Source of the DNA: Pseudomonadota bacterium
GTDB taxonomy: Bacteria; Pseudomonadota; Alphaproteobacteria; Rhodobacterales; Rhodobacteraceae
Assembly: GCA_039184655.1 (NCBI GenBank)
Contig: JBCDAZ010000002.1
Location: 8,594-72,593 of the forward strand
Reading direction: 5' to 3'
DNA: 64,000 nt
The notes below the pieces were generated by a model. It was given only the letters and a program-made list of their open reading frames with translations, made no database searches and was not told where the DNA came from. Of the stretch, positions 10,564-21,400 are shown in pieces. A program made the translations under genes and the position numbers. Positions within the stretch are counted from its first letter, which is position 1, and the number at the start of each line of letters is the position of its first letter.

Positions 10564-11427
10564 ATGGCATTCGGATCCGTTATCCGCACTTTCTACGAGG
10601 GGCGTTGGCATGAGGGTAACGCGCCTGTGCTCGGAGCGGCCGATCATGGGGCCTGGCAGGGTACGATGGTCTTTGACGGTGCCCGCGCTTTTGAAGGCGT
10701 GACGCCCGATCTCGATCTGCATTGCGCCCGTATCATCGCCTCGGCCGAGACGATGGGCATGACACCTCTGCACAGTGCCGAGGATATGGTGGCGATTGCC
10801 AAAGACGGTCTGCGCGGCTACGCGGCGGATGCAGAGGTCTATATCCGCCCGATGATGTGGTCGCGCGATTCGGGTCCCGGTTTGATCCCGCCCGACCCCG
10901 ACTCCACAGCCTTTTGCCTGTGTCTGGAAGACCTTCCGATGCCCGAACCGCGGGGGCTGAGCCTGACGGTGTCGCCTTTCCAACGTCCGCATCCGCTGGC
11001 GGCGATGACCGAAGCCAAATGCGGCGCGCTTTATGCCAATAACGGGCGGATCCTACGCGAAGCCAACAAGCGCGGCTTTGACAACGCGCTCTCGCTCGAC
11101 TTCGAGGGGAACGTCGCAGAAACCGCCTCGACCAACATTTTTATGGTCCGCGGCGGCGAGGTGTTTACGCCCGTGCCAAACCGGACGTTCCTTGCGGGGA
11201 TCACCCGCGCGCGGGTAGTCGCGCTTTTGCGCGGCGACGGGCTGAACGTGCATGAAACCACACTGACGGTGGCCGATTTCCATGAGGCGGAGGAGATCTT
11301 TACCACAGGCAATGCGGCAAAAGTCATGCCCGTCACGCAGTTTGAAGAACACGCCTTGCAAACCGGGCCAGTGTTCCGTCGCGCGCGGTCTCTCTACTGG
11401 GCTTACGCGCATGAGGCGGCGGCATGA
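10564..11427 (+). CDS. ilvE: Branched-chain amino acid aminotransferase (class IV PLP enzyme)
   Basis: 287 aa. Class IV signature ETASTNIFMVRGGEVFTP...LAGITR. Start set at MAFGSVIRTFYEGRW; the 9787 upstream extension is antisense to accD and was rejected. Confidence 0.75.
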   Translation: MAFGSVIRTFYEGRWHEGNAPVLGAADHGAWQGTMVFDGARAFEGVTPDLDLHCARIIASAETMGMTPLHSAEDMVAIAKDGLRGYAADAEVYIRPMMWSRDSGPGLIPPDPDSTAFCLCLEDLPMPEPRGLSLTVSPFQRPHPLAAMTEAKCGALYANNGRILREANKRGFDNALSLDFEGNVAETASTNIFMVRGGEVFTPVPNRTFLAGITRARVVALLRGDGLNVHETTLTVADFHEAEEIFTTGNAAKVMPVTQFEEHALQTGPVFRRARSLYWAYAHEAAA

Positions 11428-12434
11428 GCCCGAGGTCTCCTGCCAGCATGCAAGCGGTCGAGATCGCTGCCCCCGGCGGTCCGGAGGTTCTGCGCACCGT
11501 GGTCCGGCCGGTGCCGCAGCCCGCGCCGGGCGAGATCCTGATCCGCGTGGCGGCGGCCGGGGTGAACCGGCCCGATTGTCTGCAGCGGGCGGGCCTTTAC
11601 GCGCCGCCCCCCGGCGCGTCGGATCTGCCGGGGCTGGAGGCGGCGGGAGAAGTCGTTGCAACCGGGTCGGCTGTAACCCGCTGGTCGGTCGGCGACAAGG
11701 TCTGTGCGCTTTTGCCGGGCGGCGGCTATGCCACCTATGCGGTCACACCCGCCGATCATGCGCTGGCGGTGCCCGAAGGTCTGTCGCTAGAGGAAGCGGC
11801 AGCGCTGCCCGAGACGTTTTTTACGGTTTGGACGAATGTCTTCGATCGAGGCCGGCTTGCGGCCGGCGAGACGCTGCTGGTCCATGGCGGCTCGTCGGGT
11901 ATCGGGACGACGGCGATCCAGCTCGCCGCGATCCGCGGCGCCCGGGTGATCGCAACGGCCGGGTCGGAGGAAAAATGCGCCGTCTGCCGGGATCTGGGCG
12001 CGAGCCTTGCGCTGAATTACCGCAAAACGGACTTTGTGGCGGATGTGCGAGCGGCGACCGGCGGGCGCGGTGCCGATGTTATCTTGGATATGGTCGGCGG
12101 AGACTACATTCCCCGCAATCTCAAGGCGCTGGCGCCGGATGGGCGGTTGGTGATGATTGCCTTTCTGGGCGGCTCTACGGCCGATGTGAATTTTGCGCCG
12201 CTGATGGTTCAACGCCAGACGATCACCGGCTCCACCCTGCGCCCGCAATCGATTGCCGCCAAAACTGCCATTGCCGATGCGTTGCGCGAGACCGTCTGGC
12301 CGCTGCTCGCCTCAGGGCGCCTTGCTCCGGTGATGGACAGCCGCTTTCCCCTAGACAAAGCCTGCGATGCGCATCGGCGCATGGAAAGCTCGGCGCATAT
12401 CGGGAAGATCGTTCTAACCACCGCCCCGGGCTGA
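11424..12434 (+). CDS. NAD(P)H:quinone oxidoreductase (zeta-crystallin / PIG3 family MDR)
   Basis: Reads GEILIRVAAAGVNRPD...LVHGGSSGIGTTAIQLA...HIGKIVL, typical of the Qor/PIG3 family. The start could instead be ATG 11448. Confidence 0.8.
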   Translation: MSPRSPASMQAVEIAAPGGPEVLRTVVRPVPQPAPGEILIRVAAAGVNRPDCLQRAGLYAPPPGASDLPGLEAAGEVVATGSAVTRWSVGDKVCALLPGGGYATYAVTPADHALAVPEGLSLEEAAALPETFFTVWTNVFDRGRLAAGETLLVHGGSSGIGTTAIQLAAIRGARVIATAGSEEKCAVCRDLGASLALNYRKTDFVADVRAATGGRGADVILDMVGGDYIPRNLKALAPDGRLVMIAFLGGSTADVNFAPLMVQRQTITGSTLRPQSIAAKTAIADALRETVWPLLASGRLAPVMDSRFPLDKACDAHRRMESSAHIGKIVLTTAPG

Positions 12435-12447
12435 TCGCCCTATGGGT

Positions 12448-12666
12448 TTAGGCGGTGCTGGAAGGCCGTCTTGCCTGAATGCAATCTGCAATCGCATCGA
12501 GCGCAAACTCGACATGCTCGGCCGAGTTCATGCAATCGATTTCGCGCGCTTCCCGAGCTGCCCATATCAGCATGCGCGTCAAAGTCAGACGCCGCATGGC
12601 CACCTCGTCGCTGTCACCACTCGCTGGATTGGTAAGAAACGTCAGATTTGACTGTGATTTCTGCAC
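12448..12666 (-). CDS. Hypothetical small protein (72 aa)
   Basis: GTG start preceded by GGAGG with a 6-nt spacer. It lies in a visibly lower-GC pocket and I recognise no family. Confidence 0.35.
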   Translation of the reverse strand: MQKSQSNLTFLTNPASGDSDEVAMRRLTLTRMLIWAAREAREIDCMNSAEHVEFALDAIADCIQARRPSSTA

Positions 12667-12783
12667 TGTGCCCCTCCGCTAGCCGATCCGCCGATAATAG
12701 GTCTTTACGTCGAGGGTGATTGTAAACCGGAAAGGGGCCATGTCGTGGCTGACATATGGCCGATTTCGCATTATGCGAAAAAT

Positions 12784-13494
12784 TCAGCGCATTTTCGGAA
12801 AGTATACTGGATTTAGCCGGCAATCGACACGGGTGTCCAGCCCGCAGGCGCGAAAGGCGAGTTCTCGGGTCAGGCAAATCTTGACTTCATGCAGGACGGC
12901 ATTTCGGCAGGTGATCGTAATTCCACTTGGTGGAATACTCGGATTCGCCTCCAGAAATGCGGCTTCGACCGCAGCCGGCGCAATCCAGATCCCCGCGGAC
13001 AGCTGTTTGAAAACCCATGGCCGGTCGATAGCGGCAAAAGCACGGCGGGACAGCGCAAAATAGGCGTCTGCGGTGAGACCGCTGCACCGGCCGTGCTTTT
13101 TCCACTGATGCCAAGCGAGCCCGGCACTGCGGAAAAGGTCGGTTTGGGCAGCGTTCTGCCGCCGGCGCGGATCGGGCAGGTCGGTGCGGCAATCGCTTGG
13201 CCAGCCTGCCTCGTATTGGGGCCAAAGCCCATGCAGAACGAAGCCCAGCCCGGCACCGTCCCGGCATTCGGGCGCGTTGCGTTCGTCGCCCTTTAGCATG
13301 CACCAGGAGGGCGACCAGCTCAGCGCCAGCACATAATAGTCGAACCTCCCGGTGACATGGTCGCGCGCCTCCTGCGCGGCCGGCGCATGCAGCATGGCAA
13401 GCAAGGTGAGCGCGGCCAGCGCCAAGCGCAAACGGATCCTGACCGGGTTCCGCGGCCTGTTCGAACCGGCGCGCGGCCTTTTCAATGTTCTCAA
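12784..13494 (-). CDS. Ribonuclease T2 family protein (periplasmic RNase I-like)
   Basis: Signal peptide LALAALTLLAMLHAPAAQ. CAS I motif FVLHGLWPQ and CAS II motif HQWKKHGRCSG. Confidence 0.85.
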   Translation of the reverse strand: MRTLKRPRAGSNRPRNPVRIRLRLALAALTLLAMLHAPAAQEARDHVTGRFDYYVLALSWSPSWCMLKGDERNAPECRDGAGLGFVLHGLWPQYEAGWPSDCRTDLPDPRRRQNAAQTDLFRSAGLAWHQWKKHGRCSGLTADAYFALSRRAFAAIDRPWVFKQLSAGIWIAPAAVEAAFLEANPSIPPSGITITCRNAVLHEVKICLTRELAFRACGLDTRVDCRLNPVYFPKMR

Positions 13495-13602
13495 AACCCC
13501 ATATATCTCGATCTTCTTCGCGAAAACCGACCTGGCCTCCGGCGCTGCGTGTTTTCACAGCGCCGCGCCGGGTCATGTCAATGCAGGATTGGAGGACCCG
13601 CG

Positions 13603-14379
13603 ATGACCCTTCTTCTGATGCCCAAGGCAACGGCTGTCTGGCTTGTCGACAACACGACCCTGACTTTTCGTCAGATCGCCGATTTTTGCACCCTGCATGA
13701 GCTTGAGGTGAACGGCATTGCGGATGGCGAGGTTGCCCAGGGCATGAAGGGTTTCGACCCGGTGGTGAACAACCAGTTGACCATGCAGGAGATCCGGCGC
13801 TGCGAGGGCGATCCGACCGCCCGCTTGCGCCTCAAACCCAACAAGGCCGCAGAAGGCGAGGAAACCCGCCGCGGGCCGCGCTACACGCCCCTCTCCAAGC
13901 GTCAGGACCGGCCGGCGGCCATTGCCTGGCTGGTAAAGTTCCATCCGGAGCTGGCCGACAACCAGATTTCCAAGCTGGTCGGCACCACCAAGCCGACCAT
14001 TCAGTCGATCCGCGACCGGTCGCATTGGAACATGGCCAACATTCAGCCGGTCGATCCGGTTGCTCTGGGTATGTGCAAGCAGACCGAGCTCGACGCGGCC
14101 GTGGCAAAGGCCGCGGCCCGCAAGGCCGCCTCGCAAGAGACGACGATGTCGGCCGAAGATCGGATCCGGATCATGGAGACCTCCGTGTCGCTCAAAGCGC
14201 CCACCGAGCCGCGCCTCCCCTCCTCGGTCTCGGGTTTTGAGAATTTCAGCCTAAGCGATATGACCAGCGATCCCCGCGGCGAGGAAGAGGAGAACCCCAG
14301 CGCCCTCGTGGATGCCGACAGCCTTTTCGATTTGCCCAAGACCGCGCCCGAGGATAGCGAGGACGATCAGCCGCGTTAG
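13603..14379 (+). CDS. DUF1013 domain protein (TrcR-like cell-cycle transcriptional regulator family)
   Basis: The N-terminus MTLLLMPKATAVWLVDNTTLTFRQIADFCTLHELEVNGIADGEVA matches my memory of conserved alphaproteobacterial DUF1013 proteins. Acidic C-terminal tail. Confidence 0.7.
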   Translation: MTLLLMPKATAVWLVDNTTLTFRQIADFCTLHELEVNGIADGEVAQGMKGFDPVVNNQLTMQEIRRCEGDPTARLRLKPNKAAEGEETRRGPRYTPLSKRQDRPAAIAWLVKFHPELADNQISKLVGTTKPTIQSIRDRSHWNMANIQPVDPVALGMCKQTELDAAVAKAAARKAASQETTMSAEDRIRIMETSVSLKAPTEPRLPSSVSGFENFSLSDMTSDPRGEEEENPSALVDADSLFDLPKTAPEDSEDDQPR

Positions 14380-14743
14380 CGCTCTACCCGCGCCCGCTCG
14401 CCACTACCGCAAATCCAGACGACGCAGCATCGGGTTCGGCCGGTTTTCTCGACAGCCCAAAGAAGCCGCCGCAAACCCCATGTCGCTTGCCTGCAAAACC
14501 TCCATCGCTTTGCGTTGGGCCTTGCGCAGCGGGCTTGCTGTTTTCGCGGACGCGCTAGATGCGCCCGACACGCCCGCACGGCAGGAACGGCAAGGAACGG
14601 CAGGAAGGGCAAAATCCTCCGCATGAGAGGACGACGCGATCAAAGCCCACAAGGAAGGGTACGGCATGGCCGGCTTTGGCGAAGCGTGTACTCTGGACGC
14701 GGGCCGAAGCCGCATCTCCGGGCCCGGCGACCCGGCCGGCCGG

Positions 14744-15949
14744 TCAGGGCGCTGTGAGCTTTTCGACGAGACCTTTGATCGCCACACGCTGGCCTTCGGG
14801 GTTGAAGAAGTCGCCGCGCACCTGGATATGCGCGGCAAGCGCGCGGCGCAGATCGGCGGCAAGGTCGAGATCCACCGGGTCGGGATCGGTCCAGAACCGG
14901 TCGATGCCGCGCTGATGGGTCAGGCCCGGCACGTCATAAACCGCGTCGCCCAGGCACAGTACGGGGATGCCGTCGCCCAGCGCATGCAACCCGACGGTCG
15001 AGTTGGCCATAATCGCGCCCCTTGAGTTTTGGTTGAGCGGCGCAAGGCGGCTGCTGTCGACCAGATGCACGCGCGGCCCAACCTTGTAGCGTCGCGTCAG
15101 GCCTCGCAGCCGGCGCGGCCAGTTTTCCAGCCCGTTGTCGAGCGGGTGCGTCTTGATCACCAGATGCCGCTCCGGCGGGGCATGCCGGGCGAAAGAGGCA
15201 AGGATCTCATCGAGCATCTCCTCGATATGCGCATAGTCCGAGGAGGTGCGGATCTGATAATCCATCTGAAGCTGCAGCGCGACCAGGTTGTAGGGGAACG
15301 CGCCGGCCAGGCATTGATCGACCAGCGCCTCGTCGCGCCGCGCCGTAAACGCCCGCACGCCCAGGCGCAGGAGCCAGGCTAAGTACTCCGCAACCGGCCA
15401 GTAATACCTGTCTGAGCGGTAAAACGGGTAAAGCCCGCGTCCGAAGACCAGCAACAGATCGTAAAGGACCTCGCGCCAGCTTTCCTCGAAAAAGCTGTGC
15501 GTGTAACGCGGCGTCATATCGGGCTCGGTATGCCCGGCCGCCAGGCGTCGAATGGCCTGCGGGCATCGCGGGAAGGTGGAAAACCGGCCCATCGCCTCGG
15601 GTTCGATGGTCAACCAGTCGGGACGGAGATATCCGTACTCGATCGCGAAGGTGCGGATCCCGCGTGCCTTGGCCAGATCCAGCGCGGCAATATGATAGGG
15701 CAGGCGATCGGCGTAATAGAGGATGTCGGTGACCTTGTGACGTTCGATATAGGCGCTCAGCCAATCGGTCCAGCGCGAGAAGCGACCGCGAAAATGGTCC
15801 GCCCCCGGGCGCGGCCAAAAAAGCCAGTCGCCAGTATGCAAATTGACCCGCTTGATCCGGTGCCCGGCCGCCTCCAGCGCATCGGCCAGCCGGGGCCAGA
15901 GCAGCCCGGGCGGTCCCTGAAGGAACAGAAACACCTTTTGCGAAGGCAT
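14744..15949 (-). CDS. KpsS-like capsule polysaccharide biosynthesis protein (Capsule_synth family, putative beta-Kdo transferase; RkpI/RkpJ-like)
   Basis: Reads FLFLQGPPG...EYGYLRPDWLTIEP...LVIKTHPLDNG...IMANSTVGLHAL...VYDVPGLTH, which parallels E. coli KpsS (LLLQGPMGPFF, EEGYLRPQFITVEEGG, LVIKHHPMDRG, VTINSTAG). Confidence 0.85.
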   Translation of the reverse strand: MPSQKVFLFLQGPPGLLWPRLADALEAAGHRIKRVNLHTGDWLFWPRPGADHFRGRFSRWTDWLSAYIERHKVTDILYYADRLPYHIAALDLAKARGIRTFAIEYGYLRPDWLTIEPEAMGRFSTFPRCPQAIRRLAAGHTEPDMTPRYTHSFFEESWREVLYDLLLVFGRGLYPFYRSDRYYWPVAEYLAWLLRLGVRAFTARRDEALVDQCLAGAFPYNLVALQLQMDYQIRTSSDYAHIEEMLDEILASFARHAPPERHLVIKTHPLDNGLENWPRRLRGLTRRYKVGPRVHLVDSSRLAPLNQNSRGAIMANSTVGLHALGDGIPVLCLGDAVYDVPGLTHQRGIDRFWTDPDPVDLDLAADLRRALAAHIQVRGDFFNPEGQRVAIKGLVEKLTAP

Positions 15950-16047
15950 GGATTTCGCGCGGACCTGTGCCTATTGGGGCTTCACCTCGGTGGCGCTGCT
16001 GGATAGAGAGCGGGGGGAGGGGTGTCAATGAAGGGCCGATCCTGGGG

Positions 16048-17331
16048 ATGGTTGGCACTATGAATGATGCACCGCGAACCGAGGCGGCAGAGCAGGCAGC
16101 GGCACAGGGGCTTGCTGGGCGCGGGCGGCATGTGCTTTTGCTGCAGGGGCCGTTCTCGTGGTTCTTTACCTATCTAGGCCGTGCGCTGCGCGCGCGCGGA
16201 GCGCGGGTCAGCCGCGTGATCCTGTGCCCGGGCGATGCGCTTTTCTGGCGCGGTCCGGGTGCGGTGGCTTATCGCGGCCGACCGGAAGGCTGGCCGGGCT
16301 GGGTTGCGAAGTTCGCCCAGCGCGAGGCCGTCACCGATCTTGTCTGTCTGGGCGATGGGCGTTTCTGGCACCGCGCCGCGATCGCTGCATTGCCCGGCCT
16401 GCGCGCCCATATTGTGGAGCAAGGCTATCTGCGGCCCGGTTGGCTGACAGTCGAAGAAGGCGGGCTGGGGCCCAACGGGCCGTTTCCAAAAACGCCCGAC
16501 GCGATCCGGGCCTTGGCCGACGGGCCCGTACCCGCCGACCCGCCATATTGGAAGACAGGCTTTGCCACCCAGTCGGCGATGGACGTCGCCTTTAATCTGG
16601 CCAACCTTCTTGCGGGGCGGCTGACCTTTCCGCATTTCCGCATCCATACGCTCGACCCGCCCGCCTACGAGTGGGCCGGATGGCTTGGCAAAGCGCTGCG
16701 CTGGCCCTGGCGCCGCGCCGCGCGCGACCGGGCTTTGGCGCGGATCGCCGCCCATCCGGGCCCGGTGTTTCTCTTCGCGCTCCAACTCGAAACCGATTTC
16801 GCAATCCGCCAGCATGGGCCGGAGGGCGGCGTGGAGGGCGCGCTTGCCCGCACTCTTGCATCCTTTGCCGCGCATGCCCCTGACAGGGCCTTGCTGGTCG
16901 TCAAACCGCACCCGCTCGATCCGGGCTGGCTGCCCTGGCGGCGCCAGGCCGAGACTGCGGGCGCCTTGTTCCTTGATGGCGGCGATCTCGGTGCGCTCTT
17001 CAAGCGGCTGACCGGTATCGTGACGGTCAATTCGACCGTGGGCTTGTCGGCACTTGCCGCGGCGCTGCCGGTCGCGGTTCTGGGCCGGGCCATCTACGAT
17101 GTGCCGGGGCTGACCCATCGCTCTGGGCTGGACCGCTTCTGGCGCGCGCCGGAGAGGCCCGAGCCTGCATTGACCCAGGCCTTTTTGCGCGCGCTGAAGC
17201 GCACGTCGCAGATTCCCGGGCATTTCGACGGGCCAGGCGCGCGCCCAGGCGCGGCAGCGCTGGCGGCGCGGGTCCTGCAGCCACGAGCGCCAGCAGCGCC
17301 CAAAGATGAGGCCGCGCATGGCCCGGCATAA
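16048..17331 (+). CDS. Second KpsS-like capsule polysaccharide biosynthesis protein (Capsule_synth family; RkpI/RkpJ-like)
   Basis: Reads VLLLQGPFSWFF...EQGYLRPGWLTVEEGGLGPNG...LVVKPHPLDPG...VTVNSTVGLSAL...IYDVPGLTH. Divergent from the other KpsS-like gene. The start is 16048 or 16060. Confidence 0.8.
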   Translation: MVGTMNDAPRTEAAEQAAAQGLAGRGRHVLLLQGPFSWFFTYLGRALRARGARVSRVILCPGDALFWRGPGAVAYRGRPEGWPGWVAKFAQREAVTDLVCLGDGRFWHRAAIAALPGLRAHIVEQGYLRPGWLTVEEGGLGPNGPFPKTPDAIRALADGPVPADPPYWKTGFATQSAMDVAFNLANLLAGRLTFPHFRIHTLDPPAYEWAGWLGKALRWPWRRAARDRALARIAAHPGPVFLFALQLETDFAIRQHGPEGGVEGALARTLASFAAHAPDRALLVVKPHPLDPGWLPWRRQAETAGALFLDGGDLGALFKRLTGIVTVNSTVGLSALAAALPVAVLGRAIYDVPGLTHRSGLDRFWRAPERPEPALTQAFLRALKRTSQIPGHFDGPGARPGAAALAARVLQPRAPAAPKDEAAHGPA

Positions 17332-18115
17332 CCCGCGCAGCATCGTCTTGACGGGCGCATCCTCGGGCATCGGGGCGGCGCTGGCCGAGCGGCTTGCCCG
17401 CCCGGGCGTCGCAATGCTTCTGATCGGCCGCGATGCCGCCCGGCTTGATGCCGTGGCCGGCGCGGTGCGCGACCGCGGTGCGCAGGCAGCGACGGCGCCG
17501 GTTTCGGTGACCGATGCCAATGCGCTGGCGGCTTGTCTGGTCACCTGGGATGCCGACCATCCGGTGGATCTTCTGGTGGCCAATGCCGGCGTCACCAGCG
17601 GGCGGTCCGGCAAGGACGCGACCGAGCCCCCCGGACAGTCCCGCTGGATCGTCGAGACGAACCTGGTCGGCATGCTCAATACCGTCGAGCCGCTGATCCC
17701 CAAAATGATGGCCCGCAAATCCGGCCAGATCGCGCTTGTCGGATCGATAGCCGCATTGCGCCCGCAGGGCGATGAGCCTTCCTATTCGGCCTCCAAAGCC
17801 GGCGTACACGCCTATGGCGTGGCGATCCGCGGCTGGTTGCGCAAACATGGCATCGCCGTAACCGTGATCAATCCGGGCTTTGTGACAACCCCAATGTCCG
17901 CCCGGCATCTGGGTCCCAAACCCTTCGAGATCGGCGCAGGCGCGGCGGCCGAGATCATGGCCCGTGCGATTGCGCGCCGCCGAAGCCATGTCGCCTTTCC
18001 CTGGCCGCTCGGTCTTCTGACGCGGCTCGATCGGTTCCTACCGCCCAGCCTTTCGGATCGGATCGAGCGACGCTTCGCGGCGCAGATCCTGCCGGATCCG
18101 GGGCGTCAGCCATGA
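17306..18115 (+). CDS. Short-chain dehydrogenase/reductase (RkpH-like)
   Basis: TGASSGIG cofactor motif, NAG, and the YSASKAG catalytic motif. Overlaps the end of the preceding gene. Confidence 0.85.
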   Translation: MRPRMARHNPRSIVLTGASSGIGAALAERLARPGVAMLLIGRDAARLDAVAGAVRDRGAQAATAPVSVTDANALAACLVTWDADHPVDLLVANAGVTSGRSGKDATEPPGQSRWIVETNLVGMLNTVEPLIPKMMARKSGQIALVGSIAALRPQGDEPSYSASKAGVHAYGVAIRGWLRKHGIAVTVINPGFVTTPMSARHLGPKPFEIGAGAAAEIMARAIARRRSHVAFPWPLGLLTRLDRFLPPSLSDRIERRFAAQILPDPGRQP

Positions 18116-18404
18116 TCTGGCCTGCCGAAAAGCCAGCGATAACGGCGGCATACAACCGCAAGTTTGTCTTGCAATCGTTCCAAACAACTGGACAGCTTGC
18201 CAGGACGCATGAGATACACAAAACTGGACTTTGCATGAGGCCGGGCCACGCTCTCCGGCGAGACAAGAAAACAGGCGCAAAGCGGGACAGTTTGCGCAAC
18301 ACGATAAAGAGAACCTTCAGACCCTGCGTTTGGATCTGCGAGGCGCAGATGCGCCATGCCGATCCGTGTTCGGGGTTCCAAGCGGCAGGACGGGAACGGT
18401 GAGC

Positions 18405-21400
18405 ATGAGTGAACGCACCGGCCAATACGATATCGCGGTTACGGGCTATGCCTGCCGCCTGCCGCAAGCGGCGACGCCCGAGGCGTTTTGGCGCGTGCTG
18501 GCGGACGGGCGATGCGTGATCACAGAGGTGGGTGCCGACCGGTTCGAAACCGGGCTTGTCTACGACCCCGATCCCGCCGCGATCGGCAAGAGCTACAGCA
18601 TCGCTGCCGGCCAGATCGACGATATTTGGGGCTTTGATCCTGGTTTCTTCAGCATTTCGCCGCGCGAAGCGGCACAGATGGATCCCCAGCAGCGCGTCCT
18701 TTTGCAAGTGGTGTGGGAGGCGCTGGAACATGCAGGCCTAACCGGGCCCGGCCTTGACGGGGCTGGGACAGGCGTTTTCGTCGGCGCGTCGAGCTCGGAC
18801 TACTCGGCCCATTTTCTAACCGATCTGGCCAGGGTCGATACGCAGTTCATGACCGGCAACACCTTGTCGATCATCGCCAACCGCATCTCCTACCTGCTCG
18901 ATCTCGGCGGCCCTAGCTTCACGGTCGATACGGCCTGCTCATCGTCCTTTTACGCGCTGCACGCAGCCTGCCAGACGTTGATGTCTGGCGAAATCGATAC
19001 CGCAATCGTCGGCGGCGTGAACCTGCTGGTCGCGCCGGGACCGTTTGTGGGGTTTTCGCGCGCAACGATGCTGTCGCCAAGCGGCCTGTGCCGCGCTTTC
19101 GACGCCGGCGCAGACGGTTATGTCCGGTCCGAAGGGGCGGTCGTCTTCGTATTGCGGCGGCTTAAGGCGGCGTTGGAGAACGGCGAGATGGTCCGCAGCG
19201 TGCTCGCCGGCTCCGGGATCAATTCGGACGGGCGCACGGTGGGCATGTCGATGCCGTCATCGCAGCGACAGGCGGATCTCTTGCGCAGTATGCAGGCGCA
19301 ATTCGGCATCGCGGCCGACGATATTGCCTTTATCGAAGCGCATGGCACCGGTACGCCGGTCGGCGATCCGCTGGAAGCCCATGCAATCGGATCCGTTTTC
19401 GGGCAGGCGCGACAATCCCCGCTGCCGATCGGCTCGGCCAAGACGAATGTCGGGCATCTTGAGCCTGTCTCGGGCCTGGTCGGTCTGCTTAAAGCTCAAC
19501 TCGCATTGGAAAAGGGTGTTTTGCCGGCCTCGCTGCATGTCGAAGCGCCCAACCCCAATATCGACTTTCCGGCCCTGGGGCTGGAGATCGCGACGCAGGC
19601 GCGCGATTTGCCGGCACGCGACACACCCTGGTTTGCCGGGGTGAACTCCTTTGGTTTTGGCGGTGCCAACGCCCATGCGCTTTTGCGACAGCCGCGCGCG
19701 GACGAGCGCCCGGCATGCGCGCCCGTGCCGTCTGTTTGCGCGCTAACGCTGAGTGCAGCGAGCGCCGACAGCCTCACCGTGCTTGCCGCCTCGATGCGCG
19801 ACAGCCTATCAAAGGCAAGCGAAGCGGAGGCCGCTCGGCAAGTCAATGCGGCAGCCTGGCGGCGGGCCACGCTTCAGCACCGCGTCGTGGTTCTGGGCAC
19901 GGATCGGGACACGCTGCTTGCCGGCCTCGACGCGTTCGGCGCAGGCGAAAAATCACCGCTTGTGATCGAGGGCAAAGCCAACCGTACGGCTGGGAAAACG
20001 GCGTTCCTCTTTTCCGGCAATGGTTCGCAATGGGCGGGGATGGGCCATCACCTTCACGCAACCGACCCCGTTTTTCGCGACAGCTTCGACGATATCGCCG
20101 CGCGCTTTGCCAAGATCGGCAGGGTCGACCCGTCAGCGCTGCTTTTCGACGGCGATCTGGCCGAGCGGTTGGGATCGTCGCAAGTTGCGCAACCTGTGCT
20201 TTTTGCCGTGCAGATGGCCCTTGTCGATGCGCTGGCCGCGCGGGGCTTGCAACCCGATGCTGTGGCCGGGCATTCGGTCGGCGAGGTTGCCGCCGCGACA
20301 ACGGCCGGGATCATCGACCGCGCCGACGCCGTTCGCCTGGTGCACACCCGGTCGGTCGCGCTGGACGGTCTGCGCGGCAGCGGCGGCATGGCCGCAGTGT
20401 CGGCCGATGCCGCGCAGGTCGAGGCGGCCCTGGCCGAAGCCGGCATTGCCGGGGTCTCGATCGCCGGGATCAACAGCCCCCGCAGCGTGACTGTCTCGGG
20501 CGATGCCGGGCAGATCAAGGCGCTTCTGGCCTGGCTGAGGCGCAACCGGCGCGTCGCCGGCGTGATGTTGGATGTGGAGATCCCCTACCATTCGGCGTCG
20601 GTCGAACCGTTGCGTCGTCGGATGATCGAGGATCTCAAGGGGCTTCGGCCGTCGGCAAGCACGGTCGTCTACGCCTCTTCCACAACCGGCCAGATCGCCC
20701 ACGGCCTGACCCTCGATACCGATTACTGGTGGCGCAATGCGCGCGAGGTCGTGCGCTTTGAAGATGCCGTCGACGCGCTGTGCGAGGCGGGCTGCCGAAC
20801 ATTTGTCGAAGTCTCGCCGCGCCCCGTGCTGGCGGCATATGTCCGCGACAAGCTGCGGGTGACCGGGCATGCCGGCAGCGTGGCCCGCACCATGGACCAA
20901 GGCAAACGCGCCGACACCGGCGCCGCTGAAATGGTCGCCCATGCCTTTACCTTGGGTGCCGGCATCGATCGTCGCCGTTTTTTTGGTCCCAAGGCAGCGA
21001 TGGGTGCCTCCTTGCCCAACTACCCCTGGGCCAATGTGGCGGTGCGGGCACAGCCATCGACGGCCCATGCCGACGTTTGGGGTATGGGCGATTTCCACCC
21101 GCTTATCGGACGGGCTGTGATTCGGGGCAATTTCTGTTGGGAAGGCGATGTGAATGTGCGCAGCTTGCCCTGGCTGGCCGACCATGTCGTTGACGGGGTG
21201 CCGGTGTTTCCGGCCGCTGGATTTGCTGAGATGGCGCTGGCCGCCGGGACCCGGGCGCTGCCGGGGGTGGCGGTGGAGTTGACGGATTTGGAGATCGTTC
21301 GCCCCCTGGTGCTCGATCGCGATGGCGGGGTCGATACGCGCGTGACCGTCGATCCGCAGACCGGCGCGGTGCGTATCGAGGCCCGCCACAGGCTGGCGGA

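Noticed and set aside
18116-18404. Sigma-54-type promoter (TGGAC...TTGC) in the 290-bp spacer upstream of the PKS.
   Set aside because: The spacing between the GG and GC elements is about 3 nt too short for the -24/-12 consensus. No promoter call was made.
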